Shown one piece after another: positions 25,001-40,600 of a stretch of DNA of 64,000 bases (positions are counted from its first letter, which is position 1; every line of letters starts with the position of its first letter). Where the stretch lies: assembly GCA_051362555.1 (NCBI GenBank), contig CM120648.1:13698587-13762586 (forward strand), read 5' to 3'. The notes under the pieces were generated by a model, which saw only the letters and a list, made by a program, of their open reading frames with translations, was not told where the DNA came from and made no database searches. The position numbers and the translations under genes are program-made. This stretch comes from Lingula anatina. Taxonomy: Eukaryota; Animalia; Brachiopoda.

Positions 25001-25698
25001 CTTACTGCCTCTTTATGGCTAATGCCTATTGAAAAAAACAGGCATTGAAAGACAACATCAGGAGCAGTGCTCTGTCTCATCCATGTGTGCAATACATGAT
25101 ATGTGGCAAGATTAAGGACATGGTCAAATGGTGTGCTAACAGTCCAATTCCAGAAACCCACTGTAAGGATGAGTCTGCATCTTGTATTGGTAGTAAGGAG
25201 AAGTCTTGATTGGGTATATGTTGTTTTTCAGAGAACAATAATAGGTAATTTGCCAGTTCCTACACAAACAAACACAAGTCATCACATTTGTTGTTTTATT
25301 TGAGATATAATGATTTATTGAAATATTGAAATATTTGTTTTTCGTAAGTTCTCACTCTTCTGAAATGAATTGGCAATAACATACACTTAGATTAAACACA
25401 GGGATGTGATAAGCTTTTCTCAGATTTTTATTGTTGTAAAGCATCATTTGTACAAATTTCACAAAGATTGGACCACATTTGTCCAAATTATTAACGTTTA
25501 ACTATTTTGATCCATGGAATTTGCCATTGTTTTCAATGTAATTTTTAGTTTTCTCAAATATATTGTCCGAAAAATGGTTTTGATTACACACAGTCAACTG
25601 ATAATCTTATCTCAGATTTTTATTGTTATTAGGCATCATTTACACAAATTTCACAAACATTGGACCAGATTTGTGAAAATTATTAATGTTTAACTATT

Positions 25699-28600
25699 TT
25701 ATTCCATGGAATTTTCCCTTTTTCCAGGTAAGTCTTCCATTGCAGCCTTGTGGCTTCTTGGTTGACAGACTCTACCTGTCTCTTCATGGCTAATGTCTAT
25801 AGAACAAAAAAGGCATTGAAAGACAACATCAGGAGCAGTGCTCTTTCTCATCCATGTGTGCAATACATGATATGTGGCAAGATTAAGAACATGGTCAAAT
25901 GGTGTGCTTACAGTCCGATTCCAGAAACCCACTGTAAGGATGAGTCTGCATCTTGTATTGGTAGTAAGGAGAAGTCTTGATTGGGTATATGTTGTTTTTC
26001 AGAGAACAATAATAGGTTATTAACCACTTCCTACACAAACCAACACAAGTCATCACATTTGTTGTTTTATTAGAGATAAAATGATTTATTGAAATATTGA
26101 AATATTTGTTTTCTGTAAGTTTCCACTCTTCTGATATGAATTGGCAGTAAAAAACACTTAAATTAAACACAGGGATGTGATAAGCTTTTCTCAGATTTTT
26201 ATTATTGTAAAGCATCATTTGTACAAATTTCACAAAGATTGTTTTCAATGTAATTTTTAGTTTTCTCGAATATATTGTCTGAAAAATGGTTTTGATTACA
26301 CACAGTCAACTGATAATCTTATCTCAGATTTTTATTGTTATTAGGCATCATTTATACCAATTTCATAAACATTGGACCAGATTTGTGAAAATTATTAACA
26401 TTTAAATATTTTATTCCATGGAATTTTTCCTTTTTCCAGGTAAACCTTCCATTGCAGCCTTGTGGCTTTTTGGTTGACAGACTCTTCCTGTCTCTTTATG
26501 GCTAATGTCTATAGAACAAAAAAGGCATTGAAAGACAACATCAGGAGCAGTGCTCTTTCTCATCCATGTGTGCAATACATGATATGTGGCAAGATTAAGG
26601 ACATGGTCAAATGGTGTGCTAACAGTCCGATTCCAGAAACCCACTGAAGGATGAGTCTGCATCTGGTATTGGTAGTAAGATTGTTATTAGGCATCATTTA
26701 TACCAATTTCACAAACATTGGACCAGATTTGTGAAAATTATTAACATTTAACTATTTTATTCCATGGAATTTTTCCTTTTTCCAGGTAAACCTTCCATTG
26801 CAGCCTTGTGGCTTCTTGGTTGACAGACTCTTCCTGTCTCTTTATGGCTAATGTCTATAGAACAAAAAAGGCATTGAAAGACAACATCAGGAGCAGTGCT
26901 CTTTCTCATCCATGTGTGCAATACATGATATGTGGCAAGATTAAGGACATGGTCAAATGGTGTGCTTACAGTCCAATTCCAGAAACCCACTGTAAGGATG
27001 AGTCTGCATCTTGTATTGGTAGTAAGGAGAAGTCTTGATTGGGTATATGTTGTTTTTCAGAGAACAATAATAGGTTATTAACCACTTCCTACACAAACCA
27101 ACACAAGTCATCACATTTGTTGTTTTATTAGAGATAAAATGATTTATTGAAATATTGAAATATTTGTTTTCTGTAAGTTTCCACTCTTCTGATATGAATT
27201 GGCAGTAAAAAACACTTAAATTAAACACAGGGATATGATAAGCTTTTCTCAGATTTTTATTGTTGTAAAGCATCATTTGTACAAATTTCACAAAGATTGG
27301 ACCACATTTGTCCAAATTATTAACGTTTAACTATTTTGATCCATGGAATTTGCCATTGTTTTCAATGTAATTTTTAGTTTTTTCGAATATATTGTCCGAA
27401 AAATGGTTTTGATTACACACAGTCAACTGATAATCTTATCTCAGATTTTTATTGTTATTAGGCATCATTTATACCAATTTCACAAACATTGGACCAGATT
27501 TGTGAAAATTATTAACATTTAACTATTTTATTCCATGGAATTTTTCCTTTTTCCAGGTAAACCTTCCATTGCAGCCTTGTGGCTTCTTGGTTGACAGACT
27601 CTTACTGCCTCTTTATGGCTAATGCCTATAGAAAAAAACAGGCATTGAAAGACAACATCAGGAGCAGTGCTCTGTCTCATCCATGTGTGCAATACATGAT
27701 ATGTGGCAAGATTAAGGACATGGTCAAATGGTGTGCTAACAGTCCAATTCCAGAAACCCACTGTAAGGATGAGTCTGCATCTGGTATTGGTAGTAAGGAG
27801 AAGTCTTGATTGGGTATATGTTGTTTTTCAGAGAACAATAATAGGTAATTTGCCAGTTCCTACACAAACAAACACAAGTCATCACATTTGTTGTTTTATT
27901 TGAGATATAATGATTTATTGAAATATTGAAATATTTGTTTTTCGTAAGTTCTCACTCTTCTGAAATGAATTGGCAATAACATACACTTAGATTAAACACA
28001 GGGATGTGATAAGCTTTTCTCAGATTTTTATTATTGTAAAGCATCATTTGTACAAATTTCACAAAGATTGGACCACATTTGTCCAAATTATTAACGTTTA
28101 ACTATTTTGATCCATGGAATTTGCCATTGTTTTCAATGTAATTTTTAGTTTTCTCGCATATATTGTCCGAAAAATGGTTTTGATTACACACAGTCAACTG
28201 ATAATCTTATCTGAGATTTTTACTGTTATTAGGCATCATTTACACAAATTTCACAAACATTGGACCAGATTTGTGAAAATTATTAACATTTAACTATTTT
28301 ATTCCATGGAATTTTTCCTTCTTCCAGGTAAACCTTCCATTGCAGCCTTGTGGCTTCTTGGTTGACAGACTCTTACTGTCTCTTTATGGCTTATGCCTAT
28401 AGAAAAAAACAGGCATTGAAAGACAACATCAGAAGCAGTGCTCTGTCTCATCCATGTGTGCAATACATGATATGTGGCAAGATTAAGGACATGGTCAAAT
28501 GGTGTGCTAACAGTCCAATTCCAGAAACCCACTGTAAGGATGAGTCTGCATCTGGTATTGGTAGTAAGGAGAAGTCTTGATTGGGTATATGTTGTTTTTC

Positions 28601-31600
28601 AGAGAACAATAATAGGTAATTTGCCAGTTCCTACACAAACAAACACAAGTCATCACATTTGTTGTTTTATTTGAGATATAATGATTTATTGAAATATTGA
28701 AATATTTGTTTTTCGTAAGTTCTCACTCTTCTGAAATGAATTGGCAATAACATACACTTAGATTAAACACAGGGATGTGATAAGCTTTTCTCAGATTTTT
28801 ATTGTTGTAAAGCATCATTTGTACAAATTTCACAAAGATTGGACCACATTTGTCCAAATTATTAACGTTTAACTATTTTGATCCATGGAATTTGCCATTG
28901 TTTTCAATGTAATTTTTAGTTTTCTCGCATATATTGTCCGAAAAATGGTTTTGATTACACACAGTCAACTGATAATCTTATCTCAGATTTTTATTGTTAT
29001 TAGGCATCATTTACACAAATTTCACAAACATTGGACCAGATTTGTGAAAATTATTAACATTTAACTATTTTATTCCATGGAATTTTTCCTTTTTCCAGGT
29101 AAACCTTCCATTGCAGCCTTGTGGCTTCTTGGTTGACAGACTCTTCCTGTCTCTTTATGGCTAATGCCTATAGAAAAAAACAGGCATTGAAAGACAACAT
29201 CAGAAGCAGTGCTATGTCTCATCCATGTGTGCAATACATGATATGTGGCAAGATTAAGGACATGGTCAAATGGTGTGCTAACAGTCCGATTCCAGAAACC
29301 CACTGTAAGGATGAGTCTGCATCTGGTATTGGTAGTAAGGAGAAGTCTTGATTGGGTATATGTTGTTTTTCAGAGAACAATAATAGGTAATTTGCCAGTT
29401 CCTACACAAACCAACACAAGTCATCACATATATTGTTTTATTTGAGATAAAATGATTTATTGTAATATTGAAATATTTGTTTTCGTAAGTTCCCACTCTT
29501 CTTATATGAATTGGCAATAAAATACATTTAAATTAAATACAGGGATGTGATAAGCTTTTCTCAGATTTTTATTGTTGTAAAGCATCATTTGTACAAATTT
29601 CACAAAGATTGGACCACATTTGTCCAAATTATTAACGTTTAACTATTTTGATCCATGGAATTTGCCATTGTTTTCAATGTAATTTTTAGTTTTCTCGCAT
29701 ATATTGTCTGAAAAATGGTTTTGATTACACACAGTCAACTGATAATCTTATCTCAGATTTTTATTGTTTTTAGGCATCATTTATACCAATTTCATAAACA
29801 TTGGACCAGATTTGTGAAAATTATTAACATTTAACTATTTTATTCCATGGAATTTTTCCTTTTTCCAGGTACACCTTCCATTGCAGCCTTGTGGCTTCTT
29901 GGTTGACAGACTCTTCCTGTCTCTTTATGGCTAATGTCTATAGAACAAAAAAGGCATTGAAAGACAACATCAGGAGCAGTGCTCTTTCTCATCCATGTGT
30001 GCAATACATGATATGTGGCAAGATTAAGGACATGGTCAAATGGTGTGCTAACAGTCCAATTCCAGAAACCCACTGTAAGGATGAGTCTGCATTTGGTATT
30101 GGTAGTAAGGAGAAGTCTTGATTGGGTATATGTTGTTTTTCAGAAAACAATAATAGGTAATTTGCCAGTTCCTACACAAACAAACACAAGTCATCACATT
30201 TGTTGTTTTATTTGAGATAAAATGATTTATTGAAATATTGAAATATTTGTTTTTTTTTGTAAGTTCTCACTCTTCTGATATGAATTGGCAATAAAATACA
30301 CTTAGATTAAACACAGGGATGTGATAAGCTTTTCTCAGATTTTTATTGTTGTAAAGCATCATTTGTACAAGTTTCACAAAGATTGGACCACATTTGTCCA
30401 AATTATTAACGTTTAACTATTTTGATCCATGGAATTTGCCATTGTTTTCAATGTAATTTTTAGTTTTTTCGAATATATTGTCCGAAAAATGGTTTTGATT
30501 ACACACAGTCAACTGATAACCTTATCTCAGATTTTTATTGTTATTAGGCATCATTTATACCAATTTCACAAACATTGGACCAGATTTGTGAAAATTATTA
30601 ACATTTAACTATTTTATTCCATGGAATTTTTCCTTTTTCCAGGTAAACCTTCCATTGCAGCCTTGTGGCTTCTTGGTTGACAGACTCTTCCTGTCTCTTT
30701 ATGGCTAATGTCTATAGAACAAAAAAGGCATTGAAAGACAACATCAGGAGCAGTGCTCTTTCTCATCCATGTGTGCAATACATGATATGTGGCAAGATTA
30801 AGGACATGGTCAAATGGTGTGCTTACAGTCCAATTCCAGAAACCCACTGTAAGGATGAGTCTGCATCTGGTATTGGTAGTAAGGAGAAGTCTTGATTGGG
30901 TATATGTTGTTTTTCAGAGAACAATAATAGGTAATTTGCCACTTCCTACACAAACCAACACAAGTCATCACATATGTTGTTTTATTTGAGATAAAATGAT
31001 TTATTGGAATATTGAAATATTTGTTTTCGTAAGTTCCCACTCTTCTCATATGAATTGGCAATAAAATACATTTAAATTAAACACAGGGATGTGATAGCCT
31101 TTTCTCAGATTTTTATTGTTGTAAAGCATCATTTGTACAAATTTCTCAAAGATTGGACCACATTTGTGCAAATTATTAACGTTTAACTATTTTGATCCAT
31201 GGAATTTGTCATTGTTTTCAATGTAATTTTTAGTTTTCTCGAATATATTGTCTGAAAAATGGTTTTGATTACACACAGTCAACTGATAATCTTATCTCAG
31301 ATTTTTATTGTTTTTAGGCATCATTTATACCAATTTCATAAACATTGGACCAGATTTGTGAAAATTATTAACATTTAACTATTTTATTCCATGGAATTTT
31401 TCCTTTTTCCAGGTAAACCTTCCATTGCAGCCTTGTGGCTTCTTGGTTGACAGACTCTTCCTGTCTCTTTATGGCTAATGCCTATAGAAAAAAACAGGCA
31501 TTGAAAGACAACATCAGAAGCAGTGCTATGTCTCATCCATGTGTGCAATACATGATATGTGGCAAGATTAAGGACATGGTCAAATGGTGTGCTAACAGTC

Positions 31601-34600
31601 CGATTCCAGAAACCCACTGTAAGGATGAGTCTGCATCTGGTATTGGTAGTAAGGAGAAGTCTTGATTGGGTATATGTTGTTTTTCAGAGAACAATAATAG
31701 GTAATTTGCCAGTTCCTACACAAACCAACACAAGTCATCACATATATTGTTTTATTTGAGATAAAATGATTTATTGTAATATTGAAATATTTGTTTTCGT
31801 AAGTTCCCACTCTTCTTATATGAATTGGCAATAAAATACATTTAAATTAAATACAGGGATGTGATAAGCTTTTCTCAGATTTTTATTGTTGTAAAGCATC
31901 ATTTGTACAAATTTCACAAAGATTGGACCACATTTGTCCAAATTATTAACGTTTAACTATTTTGATCCATGGAATTTGCCATTGTTTTCAATGTAATTTT
32001 TAGTTTTCTCGCATATATTGTCTGAAAAATGGTTTTGATTACACACAGTCAACTGATAATCTTATCTCAGATTTTTATTGTTTTTAGGCATCATTTATAC
32101 CAATTTCATAAACATTGGACCAGATTTGTGAAAATTATTAACATTTAACTATTTTATTCCATGGAATTTTTCCTTTTTCCAGGTACACCTTCCATTGCAG
32201 CCTTGTGGCTTCTTGGTTGACAGACTCTTCCTGTCTCTTTATGGCTAATGTCTATAGAACAAAAAAGGCATTGAAAGACAACATCAGGAGCAGTGCTCTT
32301 TCTCATCCATGTGTGCAATACATGATATGTGGCAAGATTAAGGACATGGTCAAATGGTGTGCTAACAGTCCAATTCCAGAAACCCACTGTAAGGATGAGT
32401 CTGCATCTGGTATTGGTAGTAAGGAGAAGTCTTGATTGGGTATATGTTGTTTTTCAGAAAACAATAATAGGTAATTTGCCAGTTCCTACACAAACAAACA
32501 CAAGTCATCACATTTGTTGTTTTATTTGAGATAAAATGATTTATTGTAATATTGAAATATTTGTTTTCGTAAGTTCCCACTCTTCTTATATGAATTGGCA
32601 ATAAAATACATTTAAATTAAATACAGGGATGTGATAAGCTTTTCTCAGATTTTTATTGTTGTAAAGCATCATTTGTACAAGTTTCACAAAGATTGGACCA
32701 CATTTGTCCAAATTATTAACGTTTAACTATTTTGATCCATGGAATTTGCCATTGTTTTCAATGTAATTTTTAGTTTTTTCGAATATATTGTCCGAAAAAT
32801 GGTTTTGATTACACACAGTCAACTGATAACCTTATCTCAGATTCTTATTGTTATTAGGCATCATTTATACCAATTTCACAAACATTGGACCAGATTTGTG
32901 AAAATTATTAACATTTAACTATTTTATTCCATGGAATTTTTCCTTTTTCCAGGTAAACCTTCCATTGCAGCCTTGTGGCTTCTTGGTTGACAGACTCTTC
33001 CTGTCTCTTTATGGCTAATGTCTATAGAACAAAAAAGGCATTGAAAGACAACATCAGGAGCAGTGCTCTTTCTCATCCATGTGTGCAATACATGATATGT
33101 GGCAAGATTAAGGACATGGTCAAATGGTGTGCTTACAGTCCAATTCCAGAAACCCACTGTAAGGATGAGTCTGCATCTGGTATTGGTAGTAAGGAGAAGT
33201 CTTGATTGGGTATATGTTGTTTTTCAGAGAACAATAATAGGTAATTTGCCACTTCCTACACTAACCAACACAAGTCATCACATATGTTGTTTTATTTGAG
33301 ATAAAATGATTTATTGGAATATTGAAATATTTGTTTTCGTAAGTTCCCACTCTTCTCATATGAATTGGCAATAAAATACATTTAAATTAAACACAGGGAT
33401 GTGATAGCCTTTTCTCAGATTTTTATTGTTGTAAAGCATCATTTGTACAAATTTCTCAAAGATTGGACCACATTTGTGCAAATTATTAACGTTTAACTAT
33501 TTTGATCCATGGAATTTGTCATTGTTTTCAATGTAATTTTTAGTTTTCTCGAATATATTGTCTGAAAAATGGTTTTGATTACACACAGTCAACTGATAAT
33601 CTTATCTCAGATTTTTATTGTTTTTAGGCATCATTTATACCAATTTCATAAACATTGGACCAGATTTGTGAAAATTATTAACATTTAAATATTTTATTCC
33701 ATGGAAATTTTCCTTTTTCCAGGTAAACCTTCCATTGCAGCCTTGTGGCTTCTTGGTTGACAGACTCTTCCTGTCTCTTTATGGCTAATGCCTATAGAAA
33801 AAAACAGGCATTGAAAGACAACATCAGGAGCAGTGCTCTGTCTCATCCATGTGTGCAATACATGATATGTGGCAAGATTAAGGACATGGTCAAATGGTGT
33901 GCTAACAGTCCGATTCCAGAAACCCACTGTAAGGATGAGTCTGCATCTGGTATTGGTAGTAAGGAGAAGTCTTGATTGGGTATATGTTGTTTTTCAGAGA
34001 ACAATAATAGGTAATTTGCCAGTTCCTACACAAACCAACACAAGTCATCACATATATTGTTTTATTTGAGATAAAATGATTTATTGTAATATTGAAATAT
34101 TTGTTTTCGTAAGTTCCCACTCTTCTTATATGAATTGGCAATAAAATACATTTAAATTAAATACAGGGATGTGATAAGCTTTTCTCAGATTTTTATTGTT
34201 GTAAAGCATCATTTGTACAAATTTCACAAAGATTGGACCACATTTGTCCAAATTATTAACGTTTAACTATTTTGATCCATGGAATTTGCCATTGTTTTCA
34301 ATGTAATTTTTAGTTTTCTCGAATATATTGTCCGAAAAATGGTTTTCATTACACACAGTCAACTGATAACCTTATCTCAGATTTTTATTGTTATTAGGCA
34401 TCATTTATACCAATTTCACAAACATTGGACCAGATTTGTGAAAATTATTAACATTTAACTATTTTATTCCATGGAATTTTTCCTTTTTCCAGGTAAACCT
34501 TCCATTGCAGCCTTGTGGCTTCTTGGTTGACAGACTCTTACTGTCTCTTTATGGCTAATGCCTATAGAAAAAAACAGGCATTGAAAGACAACATCAGAAG

Positions 34601-37600
34601 CAGTGCTCTGTCTCATCCATGTGTGCAATACATGATATGTGGCAAGATTAAGGACATGGTCAAATGGTGTGCTAACAGTCCAATTCCGGAAACCCACTGT
34701 AAGGATGAGTCTGCATCTGGTATTGGTAGTAAGGAGAAGTCTTGATTGGGTATATGTTGTTTTTCAGAGAACAATAATAGGTAATTTGCCAGTTCCTACA
34801 CAAACAAACACAAGTCATCACATTTGTTGTTTTATTTGAGATATAATGATTTATTGAAATATTGAAATATTTGTTTTTCGTAAGTTCTCACTCTTCTGAA
34901 ATGAATTGGCAATAACATACACTTAGATTAAACACAGGGATGTGATAAGCTTTTCTCAGATTTTTATTATTGTAAAGCATCATTTGTACAAATTTCACAA
35001 AGATTGGACCACATTTGTCCAAATTATTAACGTTTAACTATTTTGATCCATGGAATTTGCCATTGTTTTCAATGTAATTTTTAGTTTTCTCGCATATATT
35101 GTCCGAAAAATGGTTTTGATTACACACAGTCAACTGATAATCTTATCTCAGATTTTTATTGTTATTAGGCCTCATTTACACAAATTTCACAAACATTGGA
35201 CCAGATTTGTGAAAATTATTAACATTTAACTATTTTATTCCATGGAATTTTTCCTTTTTCCAGGTAAACCTTCCATTGCAGCCTTGTGGCTTCTTGGTTG
35301 ACAGACTCTTCCTGTCTCTTTATGGCTAATGCCTATAGAAAAAAACAGGCATTGAAAGACAACATCAGAAGCAGTGCTCTGTCTCATTCATGTGTGCAAT
35401 ACATGATATGTGGCAAGATTAAGGACATGGTCAAATGGTGTGCTAACAGTCCAATTCCAGAAACCCACTGTAAGGATGAGTCTGCATCTGGTATTGGTAG
35501 TAAGGAGAAGTCTTGATTGGGTATATGTTGTTTTTCAGAGAACAATAATAGGTAATTTGCCAGTTCCTACACAAACAAACACAAGTCATCACATTTGTTG
35601 TTTTATTTGAGATATAATGATTTATTGAAATATTGAAATATTTGTTTTTCGTAAGTTCTCACTCTTCTGAAATGAATTGGCAATAACATACACTTAGATT
35701 AAACACAGGGATGTGATAAGCTTTTCTCAGATTTTTATTGTTGTAAAGCATCATTTGTACAAATTTCACAAAGATTGGACCACATTTGTCCAAATTATTA
35801 ACGTTTAACTATTTTGATCCATGGAATTTGCCATTGTTTTCAATGTAATTTTTAGTTTTCTCAAATATATTGTCCGAAAAATGGTTTTGATTACACACAG
35901 TCAACTGATAATCTTATCTCAGATTTTTATTGTTATTAGGCATCATTTACACAAATTTCACAAACATTGGACCAGATTTGTGAAAATTATTAATGTTTAA
36001 CTATTTTATTCCATGGAATTTTCCCTTTTTCCAGGTAAGTCTTCCATTGCAGCCTTGTGGCTTCTTGGTTGACAGACTCTACCTGTCTCTTCATGGCTAA
36101 TGTCTATAGAACAAAAAAGGCATTGAAAGACAACATCAGGAGCAGTGCTCTTTCTCATCCATGTGTGCAATACATGATATGTGGCAAGATTAAGGACATG
36201 GTCAAATGGTGTGCTTACAGTCCGATTCCAGAAACCCACTGTAAGGATGAGTCTGCATCTTGTATTGGTAGTAAGGAGAAGTCTTGATTGGGTATATGTT
36301 GTTTTTCAGAGAACAATAATAGGTTATTAACCACTTCCTACACAAACCAACACAAGTCATCACATTTGTTGTTTTATTAGAGATAAAATGATTTATTGAA
36401 ATATTGAAATATTTGTTTTCTGTAAGTTTCCACTCTTCTGATATGAATTGGCAGTAAAAAACACTTAAATTAAACACAGGGATGTGATAAGCTTTTCTCA
36501 GATTTTTATTGTTGTAAAGCATCATTTGTACAAATTTCACAAAGATTGTTTTCAATGTAATTTTTAGTTTTCTCGAATATATTGTCCGAAAAATGGTTTT
36601 GATTACACACAGTCAACTGATAATCTTATCTCAGATTTTTATTGTTATTAGGCATCATTTATACCAATTTCATAAACATTGGACCAGATTTGTGAAAATT
36701 ATTAACATTTAAATATTTTATTCCATGGAATTTTTCCTTTTTCCAGGTAAACCTTCCATTGCAGCCTTGTGGCTTTTTGGTTGACAGACTCTTCCTGTCT
36801 CTTTATGGCTAATGTCTATAGAACAAAAAAGGCATTGAAAGACAACATCAGGAGCAGTGCTCTTTCTCATCCATGTGTGCAATACATGATATGTGGCAAG
36901 ATTAAGGACATGGTCAAATGGTGTGCTAACAGTCCGATTCCAGAAACCCACTGAAGGATGAGTCTGCATCTGGTATTGGTAGTAAGATTGTTATTAGGCA
37001 TCATTTATACCAATTTCACAAACATTGGACCAGATTTGTGAAAATTATTAACATTTAACTATTTTATTCCATGGAATTTTTCCTTTTTCCAGGTAAACCT
37101 TCCATTGCAGCCTTGTGGCTTCTTGGTTGACAGACTCTTCCTGTCTCTTTATGGCTAATGTCTATAGAACAAAAAAGGCATTGAAAGACAACATCAGGAG
37201 CAGTGCTCTTTCTCATCCATGTGTGCAATACATGATATGTGGCAAGATTAAGGACATGGTCAAATGGTGAGCTTACAGTCCAATTCCAGAAACCCACTCT
37301 AAGGATGAGTCTGCATCTTGTATTGGTAGTAAGGAGAAGTCTTGATTGGGTATATGTTGTTTTTCAGAGAACAATAATAGGTTATTAACCACTTCCTACA
37401 CAAACCAACACAAGTCATCACATTTGTTGTTTTATTAGAGATAAAATGATTTATTGAAATATTGAAATATTTGTTTTCTGTAAGTTTCCACTCTTCTGAT
37501 ATGAATTGGTAGTAAAAAACACTTAAATTAAACACAGGGATATGATAAGCTTTTCTCAGATTTTTATTGTTGTAAAGCATCATTTGTACAAATTTCACAA

Positions 37601-40600
37601 AGATTGGACCACATTTGTCCAAATTATTAACGTTTAACTATTTTGATCCATGGAATTTGCCATTGTTTTCAATGTAATTTTTAGTTTTTTCGAATATATT
37701 GTCCGAAAAATGGTTTTGATTACACACAGTCAACTGATAATCTTATCTCAGATTTTTATTGTTATTAGGCATCATTTATACCAATTTCACAAACATTGGA
37801 CCAGATTTGTGAAAATTATTAACATTTAACTATTTTATTCCATGGAATTTTTCCTTTTTCCAGGTAAACCTTCCATTGCAGCCTTGTGGCTTCTTGGTTG
37901 ACAGACTCTTACTGCCTCTTTATGGCTAATGCCTATAGAAAAAAACAGGTATTGAAAGACAACATCAGGAGCAGTGCTCTGTCTCATCCATGTGTGCAAT
38001 ACATGATATGTGGCAAGATTAAGGACATGGTCAAATGGTGTGCTAACAGTCCAATTCCAGAAACCCACTGTAAGGATGAGTCTGCATCTGGTATTGGTAG
38101 TAAGGAGAAGTCTTGATTGGGTATATGTTGTTTTTCAGAGAACAATAATAGGTAATTTGCCAGTTCCTACACAAACAAACACAAGTCATCACATTTGTTG
38201 TTTTATTTGAGATATAATGATTTATTGAAATATTGAAATATTTGTTTTTCGTAAGTTCTCACTCTTCTGAAATGAATTGGCAATAACATACACTTAGATT
38301 AAACACAGGGATGTGATAAGCTTTTCTCAGATTTTTATTATTGTAAAGCATCATTTGTACAAATTTCACAAAGATTGGACCACATTTGTCCAAATTATTA
38401 ACGTTTAACTATTTTGATCCATGGAATTTGCCATTGTTTTCAATGTAATTTTTAGTTTTCTCGCATATATTGTCCAAAAAATGGTTTTGATTACACACAG
38501 TCAACTGATAATCTTATCTGAGATTTTTACTGTTATTAGGCATCATTTACACAAATTTCACAAACATTGGACCAGATTTGTGAAAATTATTAACATTTAA
38601 CTATTTTATTCCATGGAATTTTTCCTTTTTCCAGGTAAACCTTCCATTGCAGCCTTGTGGCTTCTTGGTTGACAGACTCTTACTGCCTCTTTATGGCTTA
38701 TGCCTATAGAAAAAAACAGGTATTGAAAGACAACATCAGAAGCAGTGCTCTGTCTCATCCATGTGTGCAATACATGATATGTGGCAAGATTAAGGACATG
38801 GTCAAATGGTGTGCTAACAGTCCAATTCCAGAAACCCACTGTAAGGATGAGTCTGCATCTGGTATTGGTAGTAAGGAGAAGTCTTGATTGGGTATATGTT
38901 GTTTTTCAGAGAACAATAATAGGTAATTTGCCAGTTCCTACACAAACAAACACAAGTCATCACATTTGTTGTTTTATTTGAGATATAATGATTTATTGAA
39001 ATATTGAAATATTTGTTTTTCGTAAGTTCTCACTCTTCTGAAATGAATTGGCAATAACATACACTTAGATTAAACACAGGGATGTGATAAGCTTTTCTCA
39101 GATTTTTATTATTGTAAAGCATCATTTGTACAAATTTCACAAAGATTGGACCACATTTGTCCAAATTATTAACGTTTAACTATTTTGATCCATGGAATTT
39201 GCCATTGTTTTCAATGTAATTTTTAGTTTTCTCGCATATATTGTCCGAAAAATGGTTTTGATTACACACAGTCAACTGATAATCTTATCTCAGATTTTTA
39301 TTGTTATTAGGCATCATTTACACAAATTTCACAAACATTGGACCAGATTTGTGAAAATTATTAACATTTAACTATTTTATTCCATGGAATTTTTCCTTTT
39401 TCCAGGTAAACCTTCCATTGCAGCCTTGTGGCTTCTTGGTTGACAGACTCTTCCTGTCTCTTTATGGCTAATGCCTATAGAAAAAAACAGGCATTGAAAG
39501 ACAACATCAGAAGCAGTGCTATGTCTCATCCATGTGTGCAATACATGATATGTGGCAAGATTAAGGACATGGTCAAATGGTGTGCTAACAGTCCGATTCC
39601 AGAAACCCACTGTAAGGATGAGTCTGCATCTGGTATTGGTAGTAAGGAGAAGTCTTGATTGGGTATATGTTGTTTTTCAGAGAACAATAATAGGTAATTT
39701 GCCAGTTCCTACACAAACCAACACAAGTCATCACATATATTGTTTTATTTGAGATAAAATGATTTATTGTAATATTGAAATATTTGTTTTCGTAAGTTCC
39801 CACTCTTCTTATATGAATTGGCAATAAAATACATTTAAATTAAATACAGGGATGTGATAAGCTTTTCTCAGATTTTTATTGTTGTAAAGCATCATTTGTA
39901 CAAATTTCACAAAGATTGGACCACATTTGTCCAAATTATTAACGTTTAACTATTTTGATCCATGGAATTTGCCATTGTTTTCAATGTAATTTTTAGTTTT
40001 CTTGCATATATTGTCTGAAAAATGGTTTTGATTACACACAGTCAACTGATAATCTTATCTCAGATTTTTATTGTTTTTAGGCATCATTTATACCAATTTC
40101 ATAAACATTGGACCAGATTTGTGAAAATTATTAACATTTAACTATTTTATTCCATGGAATTTTTCCTTTTTCCAGGTACACCTTCCATTGTAGCCTTGTG
40201 GCTTCTTGGTTGACAGACTCTTCCTGTCTCTTTATGGCTAATGTCTATAGAACAAAAAAGGCATTGAAAGACAACATCAGGAGCAGTGCTCTTTCTCATC
40301 CATGTGTGCAATACATGATATGTGGCAAGATTAAGGACATGGTCAAATGGTGTGCTAACAGTCCAATTCCAGAAACCCACTGTAAGGATGAGTCTGCATC
40401 TGGTATTGGTAGTAAGGAGAAGTCTTGATTGGGTATATGTTGTTTTTCAGAAAACAATAATAGGTAATTTGCCAGTTCCTACACAAACAAACACAAGTCA
40501 TCACATTTGTTGTTTTATTTGAGATAAAATGATTTATTGAAATATTGAAATATTTGTTTTTTTTTGTAAGTTCTCACTCTTCTGATATGAATTGGCAATA